64,000 nucleotides of DNA from Omnitrophica WOR_2 bacterium GWF2_43_52 (GTDB taxonomy: Bacteria > Omnitrophota > Gorgyraeia > Gygaellales > UBA12090). How positions within the stretch are numbered: the stretch's first letter is position 1; each line of letters opens with the position of its first letter. A program made the position numbers and the translations under genes. The stretch spans positions 82,859 through 146,858 of the forward strand of contig MHGF01000023.1 of the NCBI GenBank assembly GCA_001805445.1, read 5' to 3'. Shown in pieces: positions 18,079-28,295 of the stretch. Under the pieces are notes generated by a model. That model had not been told where the DNA came from, ran no database searches, and was given only the letters and a program-made list of their open reading frames with translations.

Positions 18079-19135
18079 AAACTTGCGCCTACGGCGCAAG
18101 CTCTCAGCGTGCGCTTACGGCGGCTTTCAGCTTAAATTTTTTATTGTTTTAAGCTATGGTATTATTTTTTTTCGGTGTAGCCTTTGCAGCGCTATCGAAA
18201 ACAAGACATTCGACGCTACGGTTGATTTCTTGAAAAAAGATGTTTCCTTGAGCCTGAATTTGCAAGGGGGCCAAGTGGCCAAGGTTCAGGCAAAGATAGA
18301 AGCTGATACCTATGATATAAGCCTTAGCCTAAGGCATATGCGGTTTGGTAAAAGCGACCTTTCTACAGATTTCTATAGCAGTGGGGTGATTACAAAAGCA
18401 GAAAACGGGAGGATCGTAGCCGTCAAAGGAAAGGCCTGGACACAGGCGTCGCTGCTTAATTTTAAACCTCTTAAGGAATTTTTCGCGGCCTATGAGTTGA
18501 CTCCTGAGATGCTTATTATCAATTCTCTTTCTTGGGCGGATTTTGTATTACAAGGAACGGTCAAGAGAAACCCTGATAACGCTGTAGTAAGGAGTGGCCG
18601 ATTTTCTGATGCCGACCTTGATTTGTTTCTTGCTGTTAGTGGCATGGATTTAAAGGACATGGCAGGCTTATTAGGAGTGAGCCCGGAAGTGGTAGCGTTA
18701 GAGGGTAAGGCATATGGGCAGGTGAAAGTTTTCGGGCCTCATAATGCCGTAAGGATTGAAGCCAAGCTTACTGCTTTAGATGGTAAAGTTTCCGTAATCA
18801 AGTTTAAGAATGCCAAGATTGATGCTGAGGGATTCTGGCCGGTTTTGCGGTTTACTGACGCTCAGATTAATGATATCGGTGGCGTCGTGTATGAATTAAG
18901 AGGAAAGTTCAACCTGCGAGAGCTTTCTGAACTTAATTCCGCGGAACATGAAGTTACCGTTTATTGCGCCAATAACGCGGTGCGTTTTCAGGATTGGGTG
19001 ATTAGGCGCGAACATACCATTAAAGGAGAAGATGTGGTTGAGGCGGAATATGATTTAGAAAAGAATCAATCGCTTAAAATGCGTATCAAAGACCAGGAAG
19101 AAATAGTGGGCTGGGAAAAAACGGTGAAATTCTGA
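18059..19135 (+). CDS. Hypothetical exported beta-rich protein (possibly AsmA/TamB-like); start uncertain
   Basis: 358-aa ORF with hydrophobic N-terminal segment, amphipathic beta pattern and C-terminal Phe; stop overlaps the mlaE start. Confidence 0.65.
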   Translation: MRWCLNKNLRLRRKLSACAYGGFQLKFFIVLSYGIIFFRCSLCSAIENKTFDATVDFLKKDVSLSLNLQGGQVAKVQAKIEADTYDISLSLRHMRFGKSDLSTDFYSSGVITKAENGRIVAVKGKAWTQASLLNFKPLKEFFAAYELTPEMLIINSLSWADFVLQGTVKRNPDNAVVRSGRFSDADLDLFLAVSGMDLKDMAGLLGVSPEVVALEGKAYGQVKVFGPHNAVRIEAKLTALDGKVSVIKFKNAKIDAEGFWPVLRFTDAQINDIGGVVYELRGKFNLRELSELNSAEHEVTVYCANNAVRFQDWVIRREHTIKGEDVVEAEYDLEKNQSLKMRIKDQEEIVGWEKTVKF

Positions 19136-19917
19136 TGGTGACATTAATTCGCGGTATAGGTTCAAGAGTTGTCTATTATATTGATTATGTGGGGGCTATA
19201 GGAAAATTATTCTTTAACAGCCTTTACTGGACCTTTGTCCCTCCTTTAAAACGCGAAAGGATCCTGGTGCAGGCGCGTAATATCGGTTTGGAGAGCCTGC
19301 CTATTGTTTCTTTAGTCGCTTTTTTTATCGGTGTTATTCTCGCGCTTCAAACGGCATATCAGATGCAAAAGCTTTCAAGCGAAATATATATTGCTAACAT
19401 TGTCGCCTTATCCATTGTCAGGGAATTAGGCCCTGTGATTACCAGCCTTATCGTTGCCGGCAGGTGCGGGGCCGCGGTCACCGCGGAGCTTGGAACAATG
19501 AAGGTTACGGAACAGATTGACGCGCTTGAAACCCTGGCAACCAATCCCGTAAAATATCTGGTGGTCCCCAGGTTTCTGGCTTTTACTTTTATGCTGCCGG
19601 TGCTTACCATTTATGCCAACCTTATAGGAATTTTAGGAGGATATCTTATTTGTGTCTATCGGCTGGGGATCCGATCGAGCATGTATGTTCAGTTAACCTT
19701 TGATGCCTTGAGTATAAAAGATTTGGCAACAGGACTCATCAAAACATTGGTTTTCGGGATGATCATTGCCATGGTTGGCTGCCTTGAGGGCATGCGCACT
19801 GAGGGGGGTGCTGAAGGCGTAGGTAAGGCAACCACACTTTCGGTAGTGACAAGTTTTATTCTTATTCTTGCCGCTGACTGTGTTTTTACCGCGATATTTT
19901 ATTTTATCTTCCCGTAA
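19135..19917 (+). CDS. mlaE: MlaE-family ABC permease
   Basis: RELGPVIT, AELGTMKVTEQIDAL, LVVPR, GGAEGVGKATT. Confidence 0.94.
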   Translation: MVTLIRGIGSRVVYYIDYVGAIGKLFFNSLYWTFVPPLKRERILVQARNIGLESLPIVSLVAFFIGVILALQTAYQMQKLSSEIYIANIVALSIVRELGPVITSLIVAGRCGAAVTAELGTMKVTEQIDALETLATNPVKYLVVPRFLAFTFMLPVLTIYANLIGILGGYLICVYRLGIRSSMYVQLTFDALSIKDLATGLIKTLVFGMIIAMVGCLEGMRTEGGAEGVGKATTLSVVTSFILILAADCVFTAIFYFIFP

Positions 19918-20030
19918 CCGCGGAGGCGCGGAATGATGGTAAAGAGAGGGTTTCATGACAGGCGTGGGGCGATTCAGCGTTTATCGTAAAATGGATATTG
20001 AGAAGTGATTCTGCGTAATCAGCGGTTGCA
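19915..20030. repeat. AACCGC...GCGGTTGCA family element filling the mlaE-mlaF gap
   Basis: TAACCGCGGAGGCGCGGA ... TTCTGCGTAATCAGCGGTTGCA, running from the stop codon to the next ATG. Confidence 0.72.
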
Positions 20031-20783
20031 ATGATTGAAATCAAGAATATTTATAAGAATTTTAATTCCAACAAGGTTTTGAATGGTGTAAACCTTACGA
20101 TTACTAAGGGTGAAACTAAGGTCATTATCGGCCGTTCAGGCTGTGGGAAAAGCGTCTTGTTAAAGCATATTATGGGTATCTTGCGGCCCGAAAGCGGTAT
20201 CATCAAAGTTGAAGGCAAAGATATCGAGCGCATGCCTTCAAAAGAGCTTAACGCTTTGCGAATGCGCATGGCATTGGTATTTCAGGGCGGAGCATTGTTT
20301 GATTCTTTAACGGTGGGGGAGAATGTGGGGTTTGCCTTGTATGAGTATTCAAAATTAAGCCATAAGGAGATTGAGGAACGGGTTGAAGAAGCGCTTTGTA
20401 ATGTTGAGTTATGCGGGATACATAAGCTTATGCCTTCAGAGTTAAGCGGTGGAATGAAAAAACGCGTCGCGATCGCCAGGGCATTGTGTATGCAGCCGGA
20501 GGTTATTTTATATGATGAGCCGACAACAGGCGTCGATCCCATTACCGCAGGAAGCATCAATGAGCTGATCCGGGGTCTCCATGACAAATTTAAGGTTACC
20601 TCTATTGTGGTTACCCATGACATGAAGAGCGCGTACCGAATCGCTGATAAGATTGCCATGCTCTATCAGGGGAAAATTATCGCTGAGGGGACATCCCAGG
20701 AGATACAAGAAACGGATCATCCGGTGGTATATCAGTTTATTAACGGCCTGGCGCAGGGGCCGATTACCGAGACAATAATTTAA
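20031..20783 (+). CDS. mlaF: MlaF-family ABC ATPase
   Basis: GRSGCGKS, FQGGALFDSL, PSELSGGMKKRV, YDEPTTG. Confidence 0.93.
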   Translation: MIEIKNIYKNFNSNKVLNGVNLTITKGETKVIIGRSGCGKSVLLKHIMGILRPESGIIKVEGKDIERMPSKELNALRMRMALVFQGGALFDSLTVGENVGFALYEYSKLSHKEIEERVEEALCNVELCGIHKLMPSELSGGMKKRVAIARALCMQPEVILYDEPTTGVDPITAGSINELIRGLHDKFKVTSIVVTHDMKSAYRIADKIAMLYQGKIIAEGTSQEIQETDHPVVYQFINGLAQGPITETII

Positions 20784-20844
20784 TGAGGAAGTATAACCTT
20801 AGACGAAGAGGCAATCATCAGATGGTAAAAGGGAGGCATTTTCT

Positions 20845-21486
20845 ATGACTAAAAAATCCCGCCTGGAATTAGCGGTAGGCATCTTTATTATTATTGGATT
20901 AGGTGTTTTGGTGTCGTTTGTATTTTTTATCAGTGACTTTCAGCTTATTAAAGCAGGGTATAAGTTTGACGTAGTTTTTGGTTTTGCCAATGGGATTAAA
21001 ATCGGTGCCCCGGCGAGGCTTGCGGGTGTTGATGTAGGTGAGGTAAAGGATATTGTCATATTTCAGGATTCAGTTACCGGTAAGCCTAAGGCAAGAATAC
21101 GTGTTTGGGTTCAAAAAGATACTCGTGTGCCCGCAGATTCACAAATATGGATTAATACCTTGGGTTTGTTAGGCGAGAAGTATCTGGAAATGATGCCGGG
21201 GAAGAATTATGAGCTGACAGTAAAAGAAAATGATACCCTGCAGGGTAAAGACCCTATTCCTATGGAAGAAATAACCGAAGAAACCAGGAAGCTGGTGCTT
21301 AAGATTGAAGAGACAGTCGATAACCTCAATGAGGTGCTGGGGCAGGTTAAGGCCGGGCAGGGTAATGTCGGAAAACTTGTCTATGATGAGATTGTTTATA
21401 AGAATATTATGGAATTAACGGAAGATTTGAAGCAACATCCTTGGAAATTATTCTGGAGGACCAAGGAAAAGCCGGAGAAAAAATAA
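20845..21486 (+). CDS. mlaD: MlaD/MCE-domain protein
   Basis: N-terminal TM, GIKIGAPARLAGVDVGEV, GLLGEKYLE. Confidence 0.92.
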   Translation: MTKKSRLELAVGIFIIIGLGVLVSFVFFISDFQLIKAGYKFDVVFGFANGIKIGAPARLAGVDVGEVKDIVIFQDSVTGKPKARIRVWVQKDTRVPADSQIWINTLGLLGEKYLEMMPGKNYELTVKENDTLQGKDPIPMEEITEETRKLVLKIEETVDNLNEVLGQVKAGQGNVGKLVYDEIVYKNIMELTEDLKQHPWKLFWRTKEKPEKK

Positions 21487-21530
21487 AGTAGCGCGCTGTG
21501 AAAAAAATTACCGTGAAATGACTCAACGCC

Positions 21531-21678
21531 AATTTCCAATAACCAAGATACAAGATACAAACAAATCCCAATATTCAATAACCAATAATCAAACAGAAAT
21601 TTTACCCTGGCTTTGCAATGTTTTTCCCGGGCCAAAGTATCTGGTTATTTGAATTTGGTGATTGGTTATTGGTGATTT
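21531..21678. repeat. Heptamer (AACCAAT/ATTGGTT) inverted-arm repeat
   Basis: CCAATAACCAAGATACAAGATACAAAC ... TTGGTGATTGGTTATTGGTGATT; sister copy at 55459-55594. Confidence 0.78.
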
Positions 21679-21730
21679 ACTCTCAAGTATTTATGTCGCT
21701 GAGTACTCTATAGCGTTAGGTTGTAGAATA

Positions 21731-23107
21731 ATGGTAAAGACAAAAACTATTTTTAGTTGTCAAAGCTGCGGATATCAATCTGCTAAATGGCTTGGCAGAT
21801 GCCCGGATTGTTCCACGTGGAGTTCGTTTGTTGAGGAAGCGTTTGTTGAATCTAAGGTATCCGCGCAGGCAGCCTACGCCTCAAGCAATAGTTCTCTTAA
21901 CGCGGAACCTGTGTTATTAAAAGATGTGGGAAATAGTGATGACATCCATCTTAAGACACGAATTTCAGAGCTTGACAGAGTTTTAGGATCAGGAATCGTT
22001 AGGGGAGGGGTTATCCTTTTGGGCGGAGACCCCGGTATCGGGAAATCGACGCTCTCTTTACAGATTGCTCATCAATTGGCAATTTCAGGGGTAACAATAC
22101 TCTATGTAGGCGCTGAGGAGTCTCTGCGGCAAACAAGCCTGCGCGCGCAAAGGTTGGGAGTCCTTGATTCAGCGCGGATTTACATTGTGAATCAGACCGA
22201 TGTATCCCTTATTATGGAGTATATAAAAAAAATAAAGCCTGAGGTTGTGGTTATCGACTCTATTCAAGTAATTTTTAACCCTGATATTGCTTCAGGCCCT
22301 GGTTCGGTGGGGCAGGTGAGAGAATGCGCCCATCTTTTAACCCGGGTAGCCAAGACATGCGGTATTTCCATGCTTCTTATTGGGCATGTAACCAAGGAAG
22401 GGGCAATTGCCGGCCCCAGAGTTTTAGAGCATATCGTCGATACGGTGCTCTATTTTGAAGGCGAAAGAAATTCCTCTTACCGGATTTTAAGGGCAGTGAA
22501 AAATCGTTTTGGCTCAACGAATGAAATAGGGGTCTTTCAAATGGGTAAGCATGGGCTTGAAGAGGTCGAGAATCCTTCGGAATTTTTTCTTGCCGAAAGG
22601 CCTATGCGTACAGCGGGTTCAATCGTTTCTTCAGTGCTTGAGGGAAGCCGCCCGCTCCTGCTTGAAATCCAGGCTTTGGTTGCCAGAAGTTCTTTTGGGT
22701 ATCCAACGCGGCGTGCTGAAGGCTTTGATTATAACCGCCTTAATTTGATTATTGCCGTTCTGGAGAAACGGCTGGGCCTGCATTTAGAAAACGAAGACAT
22801 TTTTATCAATGCTGCCGGAGGAGTAAGGGTTGATGACCCTTCTTGCGATTTAGCGGTTGCGCTGGCGATAGCTTCTAGCTTTAAAGAAAAAGCCGCTAAA
22901 AAGGATATCGTGGTAATGGGAGAGGTTGGCCTTGCTTCGGAGGTCCGCAGTGTTACACAAGCAGCCCTGCGGATAAATGAAGCCGCAAAATTGGGGTTTC
23001 GGCAATGCATTATGCCGAAAAATAATGTAGATTCACACCCTGTGTCCGGCATTGAATTAATTCCGGTGAGCACTATTCAAGAAGCCTTAGAAGTAATGTT
23101 TGAATAA
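21731..23107 (+). CDS. radA: DNA repair protein RadA/Sms
   Basis: C4 zinc finger, GGDPGIGKST, KNRFG, Lon-like C-terminus. Confidence 0.96.
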   Translation: MVKTKTIFSCQSCGYQSAKWLGRCPDCSTWSSFVEEAFVESKVSAQAAYASSNSSLNAEPVLLKDVGNSDDIHLKTRISELDRVLGSGIVRGGVILLGGDPGIGKSTLSLQIAHQLAISGVTILYVGAEESLRQTSLRAQRLGVLDSARIYIVNQTDVSLIMEYIKKIKPEVVVIDSIQVIFNPDIASGPGSVGQVRECAHLLTRVAKTCGISMLLIGHVTKEGAIAGPRVLEHIVDTVLYFEGERNSSYRILRAVKNRFGSTNEIGVFQMGKHGLEEVENPSEFFLAERPMRTAGSIVSSVLEGSRPLLLEIQALVARSSFGYPTRRAEGFDYNRLNLIIAVLEKRLGLHLENEDIFINAAGGVRVDDPSCDLAVALAIASSFKEKAAKKDIVVMGEVGLASEVRSVTQAALRINEAAKLGFRQCIMPKNNVDSHPVSGIELIPVSTIQEALEVMFE

Positions 23108-23138
23108 CGGCTCTGTTAAGAGCTGTTATTATTTTTTT
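23103..23138 (+). terminator. Possible intrinsic terminator after radA
   Basis: AATAACGGCTCT/AGAGCTGTTATT stem followed by T7. Confidence 0.55.
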
Positions 23139-23214
23139 CTCAAGGTAGGCGTCAAACGCAAATAATGGGCACGATATATCAGTATTTTTACTTATTCATC
23201 AGGGAGGTTAGAAA

Positions 23215-24198
23215 ATGACATTATTATTTATTCGTTTGCTTTTTATCTCCGGGGCCGCTTTAATCGGATATCAAACAACCGGCGGCGATCAAACCGGATT
23301 ATGGGGGGCATTAGTAGGAGGTGTTACCGGTGTGATAATCATCTTTTTAGAGATTGGAATGCGCCGGGTATCTGTGCGAGGATTGTCAAGCGCCGTCTTT
23401 GGCCTTATTTTGGGGGTCATCATGTCCAAGCTGTTTTCCGATGTCCTCATCTTGCTTAAGGTAGAGCCTGAGGTGTTGTCTCTTGTGCGCACGACGATGA
23501 CGCTTATTCTCTGTTATTTGTGCATGGTTATCGCGATGCGCGGGAGGGACGAATTTAACATCATTATCCCGTATGTCCGTTTAAGCAGGCAGAATCAGAT
23601 TGAGTCGATGATTGTGATTGATACCAGCGCCATTATTGACGGTAGAATCGTGGATATATGCAAGACGAAATTTGTGGAAGGTAAAATGGTGGTTCCGCGT
23701 TTTGTATTAAAGGAGCTTCAGCAGATTGCGGATTCATCTGACCCCATCAAAAGGCAAAGGGGCCGGCGCGGCCTGGAAGTGCTCAATACTATCCAAAAAG
23801 ATATCGGAATCCCGATAACGATACATGAGGATGATTTTCCCGATATTAAGGAGGTTGACGCGAAGTTGGTGAAATTAGCCAAGCTTTTAGAGGCAAAGAT
23901 ATTTACGGTCGATTTTAACCTTAACCGGGTAGCGGCCATCCAGGGTGTCGAAGTCCTGAATATCAATGAATTGGCCAATGCTATTAAACCAGTGGTATTC
24001 CCGGGAGAGGTGATGGAAATAAAACTGCTTAAAGACGGAAAAGAGCATAACCAGGCAGTAGGATATCTTGAGGATGGAACTATGGTTGTTGCTGAGGATG
24101 CCCGTAAGTTTATCGGGCAGACGGTCAAGGTAGCGGTGACGTCGGTATTACAAACCCAGGCCGGCAGAATGATCTTTACCAAGCTTGAAGGCAAATGA
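23215..24198 (+). CDS. PIN/TRAM-domain membrane protein (YacL-like)
   Basis: [47 protein letters not shown]. Confidence 0.93.
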   Translation: MTLLFIRLLFISGAALIGYQTTGGDQTGLWGALVGGVTGVIIIFLEIGMRRVSVRGLSSAVFGLILGVIMSKLFSDVLILLKVEPEVLSLVRTTMTLILCYLCMVIAMRGRDEFNIIIPYVRLSRQNQIESMIVIDTSAIIDGRIVDICKTKFVEGKMVVPRFVLKELQQIADSSDPIKRQRGRRGLEVLNTIQKDIGIPITIHEDDFPDIKEVDAKLVKLAKLLEAKIFTVDFNLNRVAAIQGVEVLNINELANAIKPVVFPGEVMEIKLLKDGKEHNQAVGYLEDGTMVVAEDARKFIGQTVKVAVTSVLQTQAGRMIFTKLEGK

Positions 24199-24899
24199 TA
24201 GTAACGGCGATTGTTCCTGCGGCAGGCTTAGGATTACGGCTGCAATCCCGGACACCGAAGCCGCTTGTTCCCCTAGGCGCAAAGCCAATACTTATTCATA
24301 CGCTGGAGGCCCTGTCCAAAGAGAGGCGCATACACCATATTCTCATTGCCGTAGCTAAAAAAAATTGGGATGGCTTTAAAGCTGTCTTGCGAAGCAATAA
24401 GATAGGAAACAGGGTAACCTTAGTGTTAGGCGGAAAAACCCGCAGGGAATCGGTTGAGCATTGCCTGAGCTTTGTGAGCCCTGAGAGCGATAGAGTGCTT
24501 ATCCATGACGCGGTAAGGCCTTTTATCCCGGCCAGTTTACTTAAGGCGCTGCTGCAAAAAGCAGAAAAGAATCCCGCGGTTATCTGCGGCGTGCCGGTTA
24601 AGGCGACGATAAAGCAAGCCACCAGCCACGTGTCAGCCGTTACAAGAAACCTTACAGTCGCAAAGACGCTGCCAAGAGATAGATTATGGGAAATTCAAAC
24701 TCCTCAAGTGTTTGAAAAAGATTTGCTGCGTAAGGCATACGCCCGATGTAAAGACAATGCTGTTACTGATGATGCCGCCTTGGTTGAAAAATTAGGGGTG
24801 AAGGTAAGGATTGTGCGGGGGGAATATTGTAACATTAAGATTACCACTCCTGAGGATTTAGTCTTCGCTAAGGCTATCATGGATGCCGGCTATGTTTAG
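24195..24899 (+). CDS. ispD: MEP cytidylyltransferase
   Basis: [35 protein letters not shown]. Confidence 0.95.
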   Translation: MIVTAIVPAAGLGLRLQSRTPKPLVPLGAKPILIHTLEALSKERRIHHILIAVAKKNWDGFKAVLRSNKIGNRVTLVLGGKTRRESVEHCLSFVSPESDRVLIHDAVRPFIPASLLKALLQKAEKNPAVICGVPVKATIKQATSHVSAVTRNLTVAKTLPRDRLWEIQTPQVFEKDLLRKAYARCKDNAVTDDAALVEKLGVKVRIVRGEYCNIKITTPEDLVFAKAIMDAGYV

Positions 24900-25368
24900 G
24901 GTAGGTATTGGCTATGATATTCATCGATTAGTTGCAGGGAGAAAACTTATCTTGGGTGGTTTGTATATTCCCTTTAAAAAGGGTTTATATGCCCATTCAG
25001 ACGGCGATGTGCTTTTACACGCGCTCTGTGACGCGCTTCTGGGAGCGGTGGGATTGGGCGATATCGGTATCCATTTCCCGAATACCGATACGCGGTATAA
25101 AAATATATCAAGCCTGAAATTATTGGAAGCGGTCAAGAGCAAAATATCAAAAGCAGGCTATACGGTAAGTAATGTTGATAGTGTGCTTATTGCCGATAGG
25201 CCGAAAATAGGGCCATACCGAAGTACTATAATTAGAAATATAAGTGTGGTGTTAAAAATAAAACCAGCGCAAGTAAATGTCAAGGCAACTACGAGCGAAG
25301 GCGTAGGCCCTGTCGGTTCAAAGGCTATTGCCAGTTACGCGGTGGCGTTATTAGAAAGAAAAAGGTAA
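24892..25368 (+). CDS. ispF: MECDP synthase
   Basis: [33 protein letters not shown]. Confidence 0.95.
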   Translation: MFRVGIGYDIHRLVAGRKLILGGLYIPFKKGLYAHSDGDVLLHALCDALLGAVGLGDIGIHFPNTDTRYKNISSLKLLEAVKSKISKAGYTVSNVDSVLIADRPKIGPYRSTIIRNISVVLKIKPAQVNVKATTSEGVGPVGSKAIASYAVALLERKR

Positions 25369-25369
25369 A

Positions 25370-25438
25370 GCTTTCAGCCGTCAGCCTTCAGCTATCAGCA
25401 AAAAGCTGAAGACAGAGAGCAGAAAGCCGATAGCTAAA
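25370..25438. repeat. Heptamer (GCTATCA/TGATAGC) inverted-arm repeat
   Basis: GCTTTCA GCCGTCA GCCTTCA GCTATCA GC, A5 loop, GCTGAA...GCAGAAA GCCGATA GCTAAA. Confidence 0.8.
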
Positions 25439-25442
25439 TAAA

Positions 25443-26180
25443 ATGGTGGAGATGTTGTTGTACTTATTAAGCGTATTGACGATAGCAATAGTCTTATATT
25501 CTTTCTTTGTCGCTCTTTTCTTTCGCGAAGAGATACAAGCGGCGATGACAAAAGACCCCGCGGGGCGTTCTTATGTGGAAGTATTGACGCTTTATCCTGG
25601 CTTACACTCAATTGTCATGCATCGCTTGGCGCATGCATTGCGCGCTCTTCCCATACCTTTCCTGCCGCGGTTTTTATCGCAGATGATGCGGTTTTTTACC
25701 GGTATTGAAATCCATCCGGGAGCGAAAATAGGCAGAGGGTTATTTATTGACCATGGGATGGGTGTCGTAATAGGCGAGACTGCGGTGGTGGGTGATAACG
25801 TCCTGCTTTATCAAGGGGTAACCCTCGGAGGAACAGGGAAGGAAAAAGGCAAGCGCCATCCTACGATAGGAAACAATGTAGTTATCGGCGCGGGAGCGCA
25901 GGTGTTGGGCAATATTGTGATTGGTGATAATTCCTATATCGGGGCAAACGCGGTGGTGGTTAAACCAATTCCTCCTCATTCAACGGTGGTTGGAGTACCG
26001 GGCAGGATTACCCAGCAGGACGGCAGGAAAATAGATTTTGATCTTGACCATGTCCATATCGTTGACCCGATTATGCAAACTATTGAAGCGCTGGAAAAGA
26101 GGATTGAGGCTCTAGAGAAGATTATTAAGAAACCAGAAAAGAGTGCCAAGGGCGAGGGACGAATGACGAGGGACGAGTAG
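25443..26180 (+). CDS. cysE: Serine O-acetyltransferase with N-terminal hydrophobic extension
   Basis: [41 protein letters not shown]. Confidence 0.94.
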   Translation: MVEMLLYLLSVLTIAIVLYSFFVALFFREEIQAAMTKDPAGRSYVEVLTLYPGLHSIVMHRLAHALRALPIPFLPRFLSQMMRFFTGIEIHPGAKIGRGLFIDHGMGVVIGETAVVGDNVLLYQGVTLGGTGKEKGKRHPTIGNNVVIGAGAQVLGNIVIGDNSYIGANAVVVKPIPPHSTVVGVPGRITQQDGRKIDFDLDHVHIVDPIMQTIEALEKRIEALEKIIKKPEKSAKGEGRMTRDE

Positions 26181-26231
26181 AAGAAAATGACTATTGCTTT
26201 CGTCCTTCGTCTTTCGTTTCTCGTCCCTCGT
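26149..26231. repeat. Heptamer (GGGACGA/TCGTCCC) inverted-arm repeat overlapping the end of cysE
   Basis: AGGGCGA GGGACGA ATGACGA GGGACGA ... TCGTCCT TCGTCTT TCGTTTC TCGTCCC. Confidence 0.85.
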
Positions 26232-26256
26232 TAAGCGTCTGGTTACTTTTACTATA

Positions 26257-27681
26257 ATGCCCCTCCACATATACAATTCGCTTACTCGTAAAAAAGAACC
26301 TTTTGAACCTTTGAATCCTCCGGTTGTTACAATGTACACCTGCGGGGTAACGGTGTATGACGCCTGCCATATCGGCCATGCCAGAAGCCTGTATATCTTT
26401 GACATAATGAGAAGATATTTAGAATATCGCGGCTTCAAAGTTAATTTTGTGCGCAATATCACCGATATTGACGATAAAATCATCAACCGCGCCAATGAAA
26501 CGAGCGTACGATGGGATGTAGTGGTTGAAAAATATATTGAGAGCTACTATAAAGACTTAGGCTCCTTAGGCATTAATCGAGGAATCTTAGACGCTCATGA
26601 AGAGCCCCGCGCTACCAGGAATATAGATGAAATAAAGCGCTATATACAAGGCTTAATTGATAAAGGGTATGGCTATGTGACGGATACGGGTGTGTATTTT
26701 AGCGTGCGCAAGTTTAAGGAATATGGAAAATTATCCGGCCAAAGCATTGAGCAGATGTTAACCGGGGTAAGAAAAGAAGCTGACGAGACAAAAAAGGACC
26801 CCTTAGATTTTGCCTTATGGAAAAAGTCCAAGCCCAATGAGCCTTCCTGGCCGAGCGCGTGGGGAGATGGCCGTCCAGGTTGGCATATTGAGTGTTCGGT
26901 AATGAGTACGAAATATCTTAATACCTCAACCCTTGATATCCACGCAGGGGGAAGGGATTTGATTTTTCCCCACCATGAAAATGAAATTGCTCAAAGTGAA
27001 GCGTATACCGGTAAGCCTTTGGCCAACTACTGGCTTCACCATGGACTGCTTACTATCAATGGCCAGAAAATGTCAAAGTCGTTAGGTAATTTTGTCACTA
27101 TAAAGGACGCGCTAAGCCAATGCCCCGCGGACATATTAAAAATATTTTATTTGCAGGCGCATTATTCAAGCCCTATAGATTTTTCTTGGGAAAAGATAAA
27201 AGAAGTAAAGAAGGCCTATGAACGTATTACTATATTGATGGGGAAATTGGATAAGATGTTTGGTGCCAGAGAGGTAAGCCAGGTGATTTCTGGCGGTAGA
27301 GGCGATATACAGCAATTTAAAAATCAGTTCATTGAGTATATGGATGACGACTTTAATACTCCCAGAGCATTGTCAGTATTGTTTGATTTGGTAAATAAGG
27401 CCAATAAATTAATGGAAGAAGAAAACGATGAAAAGAACGTTTCCTTGGCCTCTAGTGTGGGTGTAATTAAGGAAATGGCTGCTATTTTTGGTTTGACTTT
27501 TATTAAGGCTCAACCTAAGGATATTACCGATAGCGAGGTTGACTCTAAAATAAATGAGCGTTTACTCTTGAGAAAGAATAGAAAATTTCAGGAAGCGGAT
27601 ATTGTACGAAAAGAATTAGAGGCGCAAGGCATAATTTTGGAAGATGCCAAAGAAGGGACTACGTGGCGAAGAAAGATTTAA
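26257..27681 (+). CDS. cysS: Cysteine-tRNA ligase
   Basis: CGVTVY, HIGH, DFALWK, GRPGWHIEC, KMSKS; start moved to MPLHIYNS because the upstream part is repeat-derived. Confidence 0.96.
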   Translation: MPLHIYNSLTRKKEPFEPLNPPVVTMYTCGVTVYDACHIGHARSLYIFDIMRRYLEYRGFKVNFVRNITDIDDKIINRANETSVRWDVVVEKYIESYYKDLGSLGINRGILDAHEEPRATRNIDEIKRYIQGLIDKGYGYVTDTGVYFSVRKFKEYGKLSGQSIEQMLTGVRKEADETKKDPLDFALWKKSKPNEPSWPSAWGDGRPGWHIECSVMSTKYLNTSTLDIHAGGRDLIFPHHENEIAQSEAYTGKPLANYWLHHGLLTINGQKMSKSLGNFVTIKDALSQCPADILKIFYLQAHYSSPIDFSWEKIKEVKKAYERITILMGKLDKMFGAREVSQVISGGRGDIQQFKNQFIEYMDDDFNTPRALSVLFDLVNKANKLMEEENDEKNVSLASSVGVIKEMAAIFGLTFIKAQPKDITDSEVDSKINERLLLRKNRKFQEADIVRKELEAQGIILEDAKEGTTWRRKI

Positions 27682-28295
27682 AACGAGGCCTGTTAATTAC
27701 TTTTGAAGGCGCTGAAGGAAGCGGTAAATCTACCCAGATTAAGCTTTTGGCGGATTACCTTACCCAGCGAAATTTCAAGGTTTTGGTCCTGCGCGAACCC
27801 GGTTCAACCACGTTCAGCGAAGGTATCAGGAAGATCCTTTTAGATAAAAAGAACCATTTTATCTGCGAAAAGGTGGAATTGTTGCTTTATTTGGCAGCAC
27901 GGGCGCAATTGGTAAAAGAAAAGATTATTCCCGCGTTAAAAGAAAAAACCATAATCCTTTGCGACCGTTTCCAGGATTCAACGCTGGTATACCAAGGGTG
28001 CGGTTTAGGCCTGGATAAAAAGATGATTTCAATGATGGGAAAATTTGCGACAGGCGATATTGTCCCGGATTTGACTTTTCTTTTAGACATTGCTGCCAAA
28101 GAGGGCCTGCGCCGGGCGGGAGGCTCTAAGGACAGGATTCAGGGGCGTTCGCTTACCTATCATCGCAGGGTAAGAAACGGCTATCTTGCTTTGGCTAGAA
28201 AATATCCAAAGCGCATAAAAGTTATTCAGGCAAAAGATATAAGCAGGACCCATGATGAAATAAAGAAACTTCTTGAGGAATTCCTATGTCATTGA
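27663..28295 (+). CDS. tmk: Thymidylate kinase
   Basis: FEGAEGSGKST, REPG, CDRF, PDLTFLLD. Confidence 0.95.
   Translation: MAKKDLKRGLLITFEGAEGSGKSTQIKLLADYLTQRNFKVLVLREPGSTTFSEGIRKILLDKKNHFICEKVELLLYLAARAQLVKEKIIPALKEKTIILCDRFQDSTLVYQGCGLGLDKKMISMMGKFATGDIVPDLTFLLDIAAKEGLRRAGGSKDRIQGRSLTYHRRVRNGYLALARKYPKRIKVIQAKDISRTHDEIKKLLEEFLCH

Noticed and set aside
21662-21730. N-terminal extensions given by the ORF track for radA, cysS, lolE, argD, acpP, tsaE, thiL, metG and argF
   Set aside because: The extensions run through repeat DNA or overlap upstream genes; the conserved domains begin at the downstream ATGs I used.
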